Assembly: GCA_030141605.1 (NCBI GenBank)
Contig: JAQGDQ010000092.1
Span: forward strand, 124,001 to 188,000
DNA: 64,000 bases
Direction: 5' to 3'
From: Tubiluchus corallicola
Lineage: Eukaryota; Animalia; Priapulida
How positions within the stretch are numbered: position 1 is the first letter of the stretch; every line of letters starts with the position of its first letter. Made by a program: the position numbers and the translations under genes. The notes under the pieces are model-generated. The model saw only the letters and a program-made list of their open reading frames with translations, had not been told where the DNA came from and made no database searches. Shown in pieces: positions 26,601-37,000 of the stretch.

Positions 26601-28200
26601 ATATATTAGATGCACTTGAGATCATTACTAGGACCAAGGTAATTCAAATATTGTCTTGGTAACTCAAATGTAGACTTAGGTAGTTCAAATGTGTTAACAA
26701 TTGGTTTTCAACAAATCTTAAGCCTTTTGGTAAGTCAAATGTAGACACATGTCAAGTCAAATGTGATATTGGTATCTCAAATGTGAATAGGTGGTAAAGC
26801 TTAAGGATGTTAAATTTAATCTCCTTTAATCTTAATTTAATAATTGCTCTTAAGACTGTGAAAAAAACTTTATAGGTCTACTAATAGTTCACTAATACTC
26901 TGCAAACTTTACATACCATTGGAACTGTTAGAGAAAACAATACATTCTTAATATAAACAATGTTTCTTGAGAGAAACAAATTCATTAATGCAGTGCTAAT
27001 GCATTACTTAAAAAACTAATTAGTGATTCACTGTTTATTGGGAAGTGGGAACCAATTTATTCTTTTCTGCCGACGTTATGGTTTATCCAAGAATTTCGTT
27101 TGAGGATAAACAATGCATTTTTCAAAGTCATGAAAGAAGTGATGACTATCTTTGGTTTATCTTTTTGTAATCTGCACTTAAATGAGTTAATTACCAATTT
27201 ATTCAAAGTAATGCATCTATATTTGACTTACCTAAGTCACATCTGAGTTACCAAAACACATTCGAAATTCCTATGTCTACATTTGACTTACCGAAGTCAC
27301 ATTTGAGTTACCAAAACACATTTGAAATTCTTATGTCTACATTTGACTTACCTAAGTCACATTTGAGTTACCAAAACACATTTGAAATTCTTATGTCTAC
27401 ATTTGACTTACCTAAGTCACATTTGAGTTACCAAAACACATTTGAAATTCTTATGTCTACATTTGACTTACCTAAGTCACATTTGAGTTACCAAAACACA
27501 TTTGAAATTCTTATGTCTACATTTGACTTACCTAAGTCACATTTGAACTTTCCTGTGTCTACATTTGACGTGTAAAACCTATAATAACGTAACACAGATA
27601 TATTCTAAATGACAAGAATAGTGACAGTGAATAAAAAAGTTCTGCAATTAAAAAAACCAAAGAAAAAAGAAATGAAGTGTGTAATGTTTCTTCCAATGAA
27701 TGAAAAAAGGACAAAAAAGAGAAAAAAGAAGCACTTCGGTGTTTACCTTTTGAGTTTTTGAAAGCTGCTACTGTGTTGTATTTTTCCGCTTGTACCCTGT
27801 TTAGTGTTTTATTCTTTTTAAGTATCAATAATATAGATAATTGATGCCCCCCCCCCCCAAAAAAAATTAGTACAACAGTGCTAGTAATTCCTCGTATTTG
27901 TCTCTTGCCTTTTTTTGTTTGCTTGAAGAAGAACTACTGTAGTAGTTTGAAATGTTGTTGTGTTCTTTCTTTTTTCGTGGTTTTTTAATTTGGGATTTTT
28001 TATTCAGTGGTAATGACATATGTAGGGATCAGTCTTGAACTGATTTGAGTGTTTGTTCACTTTCGCAGTTATTGTTTTGATTCGTAACTAATTTCATTTC
28101 GATTATGTTTACGTTTTGATCCATTTTTTGTTAATGATTGCCTTTTTGTCTTTCAGGTCGACGGGGTCATTGGGCTAATGGCTGCCCTGAAAGATATTAG
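14673..28200 (+). CDS. RNF8: E3 ubiquitin ligase RNF8-like (FHA, coiled coil, C3HC4 RING, C-terminal CCHC knuckle), 544 aa, join(14673..14771,18240..18356,19453..19607,19840..19987,20502..20600,21330..21566,22358..22537,23628..23835,24712..24918,25036..25176,28157..28200)
   Basis: FHA motifs VTVGR...ISRSHCKF...DNKSLNGVFVN...GDIVQLGVP; E/K/Q-rich coiled coil in exons 5-7; RING ELQCSICAELFIEATTLGCSHSFCNSCVEEWLQRNNICPNCR followed by the RNF8-type SIVLDSYIDQMV helix. 11 exons, all GT-AG, 1635 nt in frame. Confidence 0.93.
15196..15914. mobile_element. Non-autonomous Mutator-like (MULE) MITE, 719 bp, in RNF8 intron 1
   Basis: Perfect 33-bp TIRs (GGCGCTATTACACTTTCGCACCGCCTAGCTTTT) flanked by a perfect 9-bp TSD AAATTTATG (15187-15195 and 15915-15923); no transposase ORF. 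Confidence 0.92.
16004..16754. mobile_element. MITE with 34-bp TIRs and subterminal repeats
   Basis: TIR GGGCGCCGAGTAACCCACTAGCCGAAGTAGGACA at 16004-16037 matches the reverse complement of 16721-16754 at 33/34; ~30-bp subterminal repeats (catgggctagcccaagtaggacgcgtc) on the left with an inverted copy near 16659-16689; TSD unclear. Confidence 0.85.
18589..18738. repeat. Local tandem duplication, ~69-bp unit x2
   Basis: ttatataacgtaaataaaatatattgtgttattgtaaatatataa and cttaatgttaaagtaagctc each occur twice in tandem. Confidence 0.8.
20670..20860 (+). mobile_element. Decayed 3' fragment of an RTE-like LINE in RNF8 intron 5
   Basis: Broken translation KISNQQLYGKT...RHMLK.P/NDSPLEIAL...KRP resembles the post-RT C-terminus of RTE-group ORFs. 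Confidence 0.45.
25207..25933. mobile_element. pogo/Tigger-type (Tc1/mariner superfamily) MITE, 727 bp
   Basis: TA|CAGTAAGTCCTCGTTTAACGAC ... GTCATTAACCTAGGACATACTG|TA; imperfect TIRs (18/22), TA TSD, repeated subterminal tttcgttt(t)aa(c/t)gac motifs. Starts 30 nt into RNF8 intron 10. Confidence 0.8.
26638..27571. mobile_element. Foldback-like element with inverted arrays of a 20-bp ACATTTGA-core repeat
   Basis: Left arm ~26638-26786 has degenerate TCAAATGT units in reverse orientation to the right-arm array; termini and TSD not defined. Confidence 0.5.
27216..27571. repeat. Near-perfect 60-bp tandem repeat, ~5.5 copies, each made of three 20-bp subunits
   Basis: Unit ATTTGAGTTACCAAAACACATTTGAAATTCTTATGTCTACATTTGACTTACCTAAGTCAC recurs in register on consecutive 60-nt lines 27241-27540. 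Confidence 0.95.
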
Positions 28201-28318
28201 CTTCACTATGCACCTGTTAGAGTCTTTCAAAATTTCGTAATGAAAACTTTGCTGTATTAGCATTTTGCTGTACATAGTAGTCTAGATGTTTCATAAAAAT
28301 GTCATTGTAATATTTGTG

Positions 28319-28324
28319 AATAAA
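28319..28324 (+). terminator. Candidate polyadenylation signal of RNF8
   Basis: AATAAA 119 nt after the stop codon, followed by a TG/T-rich tract. Confidence 0.5.
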
Positions 28325-29369
28325 TTTCAAATGTGTGTGATTTTTCACACTATGCCATCCTGGACATCTTATTCATTTTTTTCATTAAGTTGTGACATTG
28401 CAAAAACAAAATTAAAATACAAAGTAGGATTTTTGTATATTTTAAAACTTCATTAATTTTATTTAAATTTTGCAAAGATATGAATTTTATGTCAAACACT
28501 GCGTAAAAGCAAACTACTTCATTCAGTGCTGCAATACTAATTAATTCACGAGTCCTGCAAAACTCAAAATAAATTTATAATATTAAAACCCAACATTTGC
28601 ATTGTTAGTTGTGAATTGTTGTAAACTGATTAAAATGCAGTTAAAATGAAAAATTGCAAATATATTTCACATTGTAACTTGTGGACTAAGATAATTTAAT
28701 AGTGGAATATTATGAATATAGTGTTGTAGAAAGATCAGTTGTTATATGAATTCGTTAAGCAATATCTACCCATTTATTTTGTTTTTGCTTTTAAATTCTT
28801 TATCCTATTCAAGTCTTCTGACACTGTGGAGATGCAATGAGGGTTATTTAAGTGAAATACCGAAAGTAAAAAGTTATTACGTGATTAAGGAAGGCTGTGA
28901 ATTACCCTGCAAGAATGCTTTGTTTTGATCAAGACACACGGCATCTGTATGTAATTGACTTTTATGTCAAATATTTCTGCCAGAGGTGAGTGAATAAAGT
29001 TTAATCCGTGTCAGTTTATTATTTGTGGCCACCTTTTGCAAAGTAATTGCCCAATGTGTATTAGTTCAGATATTGTAATCCTATGTAGTATTATTATGAT
29101 ACATCATAAACTTTTGTTATAAACTTTTTCTAGTAGAGTGTTCTTAGTTATCAAAAAAATAATTTGAAAGCTGGAAACTGAATCTTAATGCATCTCAGTA
29201 TTGTATAATATTAAGAACAAAATCTAATCTAATGTTGCAAACCAAATTTCCTTTGTAAGAATTGTAGTATTTTGAGCTGTCATCAGATTACTCAAATAAT
29301 GGACTCTTTTATGCTTCTATTGATGCAGAACAAAAGCATTTCAGTCATGATTTATTTTATGTTTTTTAG

Positions 29370-29434
29370 GTTGTGGACACTTTGCTGTGACAGGTTGTCT
29401 TGGGCGATGGCACAGTAACATACGCTGCATGTAA
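29370..29434 (+). other. Candidate extra exon: alternative terminal RNF8 exon or non-coding 5' exon of SLC9C
   Basis: Strong acceptor (tttattttatgttttttag). In the phase of RNF8 exon 10 it reads GCGHFAVTGCLGRWHSNIRCM*; donor gtaagc at 29442; AATAAA at 29588. Confidence 0.4.
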
Positions 29435-31096
29435 CTGTACTGTAAGCAGATTTGCTTGGTTATCAGATTAGTTTAGTAGCAACCTATTCAGTAATTCAGA
29501 AACAGGCAAAGGAAGTATGCTTAGTAATTAATGGATGGCTGGTTTGGCTGTGTAATTCTCGTGCTGGCTTCATTAAAGGATAAGATAAATAAATTTGTAT
29601 GTGCAGCCGAAAAACTCATTTTTTATTTTATGCCGTCTACAAGTAATCTAACGGTGCGAGTTTCCTCTCTGATAGCAAACTTAAAAATGTGAAATGTTTT
29701 ACGAGTTACTATCGACAAGAAATTGCACACTCCCAGACAGTTGTTGCTAGTTGATTTACTATCTAGGATGAACATCTTGGCCAGTTACTTTCTGTACTTC
29801 TCGCAGCGCATAGAGAAGTGAGTGTGCAAGTCACACTTACTGTCAGAGGAACTCATAGTAAGTTTTGCTCTCTAGTCTGAACACGCTTGCATGTTACTTG
29901 ACAAGGAAACTCACTGGCTTGAACGCTGTTGATGTTCATGTTTTGAATAACACGTAAAATTTGAAATTTGGTACCAGCACTAATTACACTATGTAGGTAT
30001 TTTATCAGTTTGTTATCCATTAAGTTCCTTAGTACATTGACATTTTATAAAAAAAAATAGTCAAAAACTAGAGCACTTATTGATAGCTTAGCAATACTTA
30101 GTGAACATGTTTATTAATAATTATTTTTCTGAGCCACTGTTGAACTCTGAAGTCATATCTCTGAAGTCCTACTAGGTTCTGGTACTGGTACTAGTGTGAA
30201 TTATTTAAATTACTACGAATTTCTTTGCTATCACAGCTTTACTAACACAAACAAGTAAAAGTGTTCCTTTATGATACAACTTTTTTGCAATTTTTTTAAA
30301 CGTCTAAATTCTCCAATTCTCTCTGGACTGTCAGTTCATTTGGAAGCTACAAACTAACACAATCATCAAAACATCCAAGCTAACAGAATTGCATTAAATT
30401 ACTTTACAGAATTATTTACAGACTGTTTCTTCATTATGGTTTATTCAATTTTCCAGCCAGAGCCTGTTTATATGTTTTCAGTTTTTGAATGTGTAGTTAA
30501 TCTGGTTAGATGCTGATAAACATATTCACTTTCATGCAATTTGTTCATCATGTGCAAAATAAGTTTTCCTACTTAACTGGTCCTCCTTCCAAAGGGCTTG
30601 AGTATAAAAGCTGTAATGATGAGCATAAACACGTTTATTCATGAGCTAAGGAGTAATGGCTTGCTACTATATTATTTATTAAAAGTAAGGTATTAATTTT
30701 AAAGCCAGTGCATAATACATAATAGTTTTTCGTTTTTTTTCTTTAATATGTGCAGTTTCATTGTCTTGTATTATAATAATGCCGGCCATTATAGAACTAT
30801 CTACTGTCCATGTTTTTACATAGCAGTGGTGTTGGTATGTACACAACACTCGCCTAATTTTGTCAAAAAATTGCAGTCAAAAATTTATTTCAAGTCATGA
30901 AAATTTCTGGCTTTTGCTAGCAGTGATTGATTTGAATGATTGAAGCCATTAATTTGCAATCACAGCAAGAGTGAATATTTTCTAAATTACAACCTTTGCA
31001 AAAGTCATAATAATTATTTAATTTGTCATTAGGCCTAGTAGTATAAAAATTCAAAGCTCAATTTCTCACCAAAATATACGATTTGTTCTATACAGA

Positions 31097-34000
31097 ATGC
31101 ATTGTGTTATTAGGTAAGCAAAGCACGGTATTCTATTCTAGAACCTAAAATCTAAAAAGAATAAATCGTTTTAGAATTATAGTTTGAAAAAGAATAAGTC
31201 ATTTTATAATTATAGATTGGAATTGATGAGACTGCATGCTATTTATTTGAATATGGAATCGAGAAAATACTCTCCTCATTTTGACCATACGCACCCCCAT
31301 GTTCATCTTGTTTTTATTTTTGCAATTGCTTGCACTATTGGAGGTGAGTGTGCTTAAAACTTTATTATTATTTTTATATTTATGTTTTTGGATTTTAGCA
31401 ATTTTAGTTTTGAAAAAACTTTATCAATGTGCAATAAATTCTAAATTTTGAAACATAAGGAGGTCCATTATTTCATTCATTAATTTGTAATTGGGTGTAA
31501 ACAGAAACAAATTTAAAAGCTTGAAAAGTTTTCTTCTTCTTGGAATTTGAAACTAAAGTATTTCGGGGACATAAACATAACACAAAAAATCATTGAACAA
31601 TGGACAGCTTCTTAACATGCAGTGTTGTCATTTCTATTATTTTAACTATCAGAAAGCTAACCATCTTAAAAATTTCATTTATTATTTAAAAATGTGCAAA
31701 AAATTGCAGAAAGTTTTCATGCAGTCTGTAAAGAGTAGACACAGCATCAAAAAGTTACAGTATAACCTTTCGGTTATGCTAAAATAGGAGTACAGTTATT
31801 ATTAATTTTTAAAACCAAACCTGGCTAAAACAAAGCAAATGAGAAACATTTGGCACTCAGCCTCGATTTTAATCAGGGACATTTAAATTGCAAGTTCAAC
31901 TAACATTTGTAAATGAGGATTGATTGGTGAGCTAAATGAAATAAGATTCTGCTTCTGTGGCATAAGTTGCTTCAAGTGACAGCTTTTGTTTCATATTAAG
32001 AAATAACAAAATTGATTTTCAAAATAATTCATAATATGTTTGTAAGTACTATTGTGCTTGACATTAATCGTTTCAAAGAAATCAGAGCTTGTCACTTTTA
32101 TCCAGTGATCCACAATATTTGAGGGTCATAATACTGCCAAATTGCATTTCATTTTAGTGAAATTGACAAAAAATTTTGACCTGTAATCTGTTGCCGTGTG
32201 TCAAAGGCTAACCAATTTCAGGTCAACATACACATTCAGTTTGTCTCATCAAGATCATACTTAAAACTTGCCACTTTTGACCACTTTTGGGGCCAGTGAT
32301 CAACCAACCTGGGTGTAGCTCATAACAATCAGTTCGTTTCAATGAGACTCCGTATTTGTTACACTACAGTGGAAGTAGTTGTTTCCCTGACCCCAATTTT
32401 GGTTTTTGCCCATAGCAGGGACAGAGGTCAACCAATCTAGAGGTCAACCTTGCCATTCATTGTGTCTCACTGAGTCCTTTCATGTGATGAAAGTTTAGGT
32501 TTTTGCTCCTGGTAGGAAATTTTGCCAAATACAAATAGCTCATATTCAGCAATGTACATGGTTTCGACCCCACTTAGCCACATATCATAATTTGTGTATT
32601 CATTTTAATTATAATGAATATAATTGTGTATTCATTATAATTAACCTGATTTTATTATGTAAGTTAAGGTTGGTGTGCTAGTTGCAGAGCTTTCTGGTTA
32701 AAGAACAGAAGTAACAACATTGTTGGGATCCTAGGCTGTTGTTTTAAACAGATTGAGCGTCAACTTTCTCGAATTGTCACTATCTTGAATACACTAATAT
32801 GATATATTAGCCTACTTATCTGTAGCTAAATAAGCTAGCGTAACTTACTTACGATTAATGTTACTTGACATTTATAATTTTTCATTTTTACAGCGCTGCT
32901 TAAGACATTTCGAATGCTGTTGTTAAAAATCTTTCCATTGTTTCAAATACCGGCCCCAGCTGTATTATTTATTTTGGGAATCGCCTATGGAAAAGTAAAA
33001 CAACTGATTGGTGCCGTCGATACCAGCAGCAAACTGCTTGGAACTCGAGTGCTGTCTGACCTGAATCCAAATGTTGGACTGTATCTATTTTTACCGATAA
33101 TTATTTTTGAGTCCGCATACAATATGGATTATCACATGTTTCGGAAATCTCTGCTACAGATCTCTTTTTTAGCATTGCCAGGATTAAGTAAGTAGTACTA
33201 CATTATTTCAGTCTCTATTAAGTTCTGTTGTAAAATGAATTAGCTTATGGTGCAGTCAGAGTTAGCTGAAAAGGATGTAACCTGGAGTAATGGAGTAAAG
33301 TACAAATTCAACTCCAATTTTTAGGAACTTTTACAATTAGCATAGGCTAAGCATATCAAAATTCTACTGAAATTTACCATTATTGAATAAAACTTGTTCC
33401 ATTTGAGTTCAAAAAAGACAATATTAACTATTAATAAGAAATTTACCATTAAATGAATAAAATCTTGAAACTACAGAGACATTTTGAGAGTAGTGTGCTT
33501 CTGTGAAAGTAATCAGTGCCCAAAAACACTCGAGTGATTACAGATGTGTGCTGCATCACCGATGCTAAGCCACACCCGAGGCTGCCTAATGAATGGTTCA
33601 TTACCACCTGACTTCAATATATGTATATAAATATATATGGTTTCATTCGCAAACTGATCCTGGCTGTTTACTTTGCAGAGGTTTGGATGTATTCACATCT
33701 GAACATGGCTAATACACCTCTGCTGTTTGACAGCTTATGTTGGAGGATTATCCTTTGTAATGAACGAGGATCCAGTCTCACTACAAACACTAACACTGAA
33801 ACAAAACAAGAAAAGGGGAAATAGGGAAAGGCTTGAACTGATATTCAAGTCAATAAAGCCGTTGTATTTTAATCGTTTCATTTACTTTGAACTACTGGAA
33901 AAGATTTGTGCTTTCATTTCAAATTTTCATTTCAAAATCAGTTTGGCTAAATTAGTTTTTGCATCATATTTTCTGAGCAGTCTTGTAATTACTTACTGCA

Positions 34001-37000
34001 GCTTACATTCCATAAATGCAATTGAAATACCCATATTACATTATAGTCAAAATATCAGTGCAAAATAACCATAATTCTAATGAGCTAGTGTATTACACAA
34101 ACTTTCTTTATTGTAATGAACAACCTTATAGACTTTGGATTCCTGATAGCACTGCTTACTAACTTTTAATGCCATATACAAAACAAATCAAATGCTATGC
34201 ACGGATCATTATTATTTATTAATGCTGTTTAATGTTAATTTTTCAGTTCTTTCTGCACTTGTCATGGCTATTATAGTCAAATTTGTTGTGAAACTAGATT
34301 GGGAGTTTCCGGTTGCATTGTTGTTTGGTTTGCTTATTGGTGCGACAGATCCGATTTCAGTTTCTCCCGTTTTAAAGGAAAAAATAGGTGAGCTCAAGGT
34401 TTTGACCATTAGGAAATCATAAGCCATTAATGGAAGAACCATTATATGTAAATATATGTAATTATATGTATAGCCGCAATAACAACGATATACACCTCCT
34501 AAAGTTTAAATATATGACACTTTATACTAAGGATTTTTCACAATTGCCACCAACAATATTGCTAATATAAGTGGAGTAACTTTGAAAACTTTCTGCTGTG
34601 GGTTTTTGCTTTTTGATATATATATATATCCTTTATATCAGCCTGTAGTTTTGCAGCCATTTAAAATTCATTCATCAAAAAAGTAGTTGCACAAAACACT
34701 GATGTAGCTTGGTTCTCTGGGTTATAATTTCAAACTGTGCAAGAGTAGATAGATAGTTATGGCACACATTCATAAAAAAATAAGGTAATCAGAAGATGTT
34801 TTGGTGTTATGTAGACTTTTACTCGAAGACGCCATAACTGTAAAATGTGCAAAATTTCAGATTTGTTGTAGAGTGATGTTGTAAAAGCAACTATGATATG
34901 CAAGTAAACTGTAGCTTCGCCAACAAACCGTAAATGTGTGACTGTATGAAAAGCAACTAATTCAAGTAGAGGCCCATAAGCTAATCATAAATTAACATCA
35001 TACTATGGGGTGCAAAAGTAAAACACAGTGCTTTGCAATTGAGAAAATAACTTCATAAAGTATTAAAATATTATTATACAAGTAAGAACAAAAAACCCTG
35101 TACTTGAGCATTATTGTTACGACAGTGTCATTAGTAATTACAATTTATGTTTTGACGGCTGAAGTATCGAGCAAAACGGAAACGTGTTGATAAAATTTTA
35201 TTATCTGATTATGTAGGTTTGAGTTTTGCTTTGCAGCTGTGAGTCTGTGACCTAATTGCTTCTACACTGATCAGATGCAGTCCAGCTAATATACATATTT
35301 ATTTATACTTATTTAGAATTGAGCCTTTAGGTTGATTCTTGAAGAAATGTCAGCAGTTCTTGCATACGTGTTAGTGCATTACACCAGATTACAGCACCAT
35401 GTATTTTGGCTGTCAAGTAAATGCCACACCTCTTTCTACTAGTCTTTCGGCTATCTTGGCTCGTGTGTTAGCCCTTCCGCAAAGCCAAAAAGACCCTGTC
35501 CTGGCAAACTGCAATTTTTCGTTTATGATAGTAAGCCTTGTGAGTTTGTTTAAACACAGTTTTGTGTGGCTCGCAATCTGTATCCTCTAGTGTTTTAACA
35601 TTTTTTTCTTGCAACCCTGCATTCTCAATTTTTATAATAAATGAGAATTAAAGTGAAATGTACATTCACTGACTTACAATTACTATTAAAGTTTCAAGAA
35701 AATTGCTGGAATGTATATTTGAAATGACTTGAAGATGTGCTGGTACATATTTGCTGAGCAAATTTTTGTTAATATTTATAGGTGCAGCTCAGCCACTGTC
35801 TGTCTTGATTGAGGGAGAATTTCTATTAAATGACGGGACAGCAATTGTTCTTTTCACTGTCCTCTTTAACTGGCTTAGCCCAGAAGAGTAAGTTTGTCTT
35901 ACTAATGTTCCTAAACTTCACAATATCGTAGCATAGTGCATTATGCATGTGACACACTGTAAATTTCTGTTGCAGCTTTAAAAAATGTAGTAGTTTTCTA
36001 GACAAAATAACTAGTGGTTGCAACTAGTTGCATATCCTTTAGTTTTACAGCTGTAAAATTAGAACTTCCAAACCATCTACACCACCTCATCGCCAATAGC
36101 TTTGTTGTTACACAAAAATATCAAAGTTTACCAGATTTCAAGTCTATTTGCTACTGTAGTTATGTACTTCATCAAATAATGCAAATTCGATATTAGAGCA
36201 GCACTGAAGGCAAATATGATTGGGGTTTAGAATGCAGCTTAGACATAGCCGATAACTATATCATATTTAAAAATTCACGAAAGGTTTTGTCCAGGCAAAA
36301 ATAAGCCTTCGAATAAATCACTGGTATCTCTACCACTTTTAACAATACATGCACATTTGTGGATAAAACACAGACAAAACGCTACTGTATCAGAAGTTTT
36401 CAGCTGAATCACAAAAATTGCACATTACGAAAGGTCAGAAATAATCTTGGAATATGTTAAGAAAGGAGGCAATCAATTTTTTTATTGAACTTTTAGCTGA
36501 TTTTTTTAACTTTCTTGTTTGGAAACTGCTGACATCATTTGAAAGTGTGGAAAATAAAAAAACTACTTGCCCAACTTTCAAAAAGCACTGAATACCGTAA
36601 CATTATATTTCATCAGTAGTTCTTCATCAAAAGCTAATGTTCAAGCCAACTGAAGATGGCAGCATTGCTCATGGCTTTTTCTGCATTATTATATGATATT
36701 GTTCAGTTTAACTGTACAAAGTTCAAAGTTGCTGTCTTAGTTGCTGCTAAATGAAATTGGAGATTGCAAAACTATTTATTGTAAAACTACTTCTAAACTT
36801 GTCTACTGTTCATTACGATAAGCTCACTTGATACTTATTGCAAAGAATCAAAACTTTTTAACAGATCATCAGGTAGGCGATAGTTGCTGAACTCAGATAA
36901 ATGATAGTCAGTGATTTTGGTGCATGCGGCCTTAGTCAGCTAACTAGTTAAGTTGCACTTCTAGGAAGATAGGTAGTATACCTGGATGTATTGGAATCTG

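Noticed and set aside
27273-27575. 100-aa ORF with a 20-aa repeat, or a CRISPR-like array
   Set aside because: It is the stop-free frame of a 60-bp tandem repeat; there are no unique spacers, no cas genes, and the context is a eukaryotic intron.
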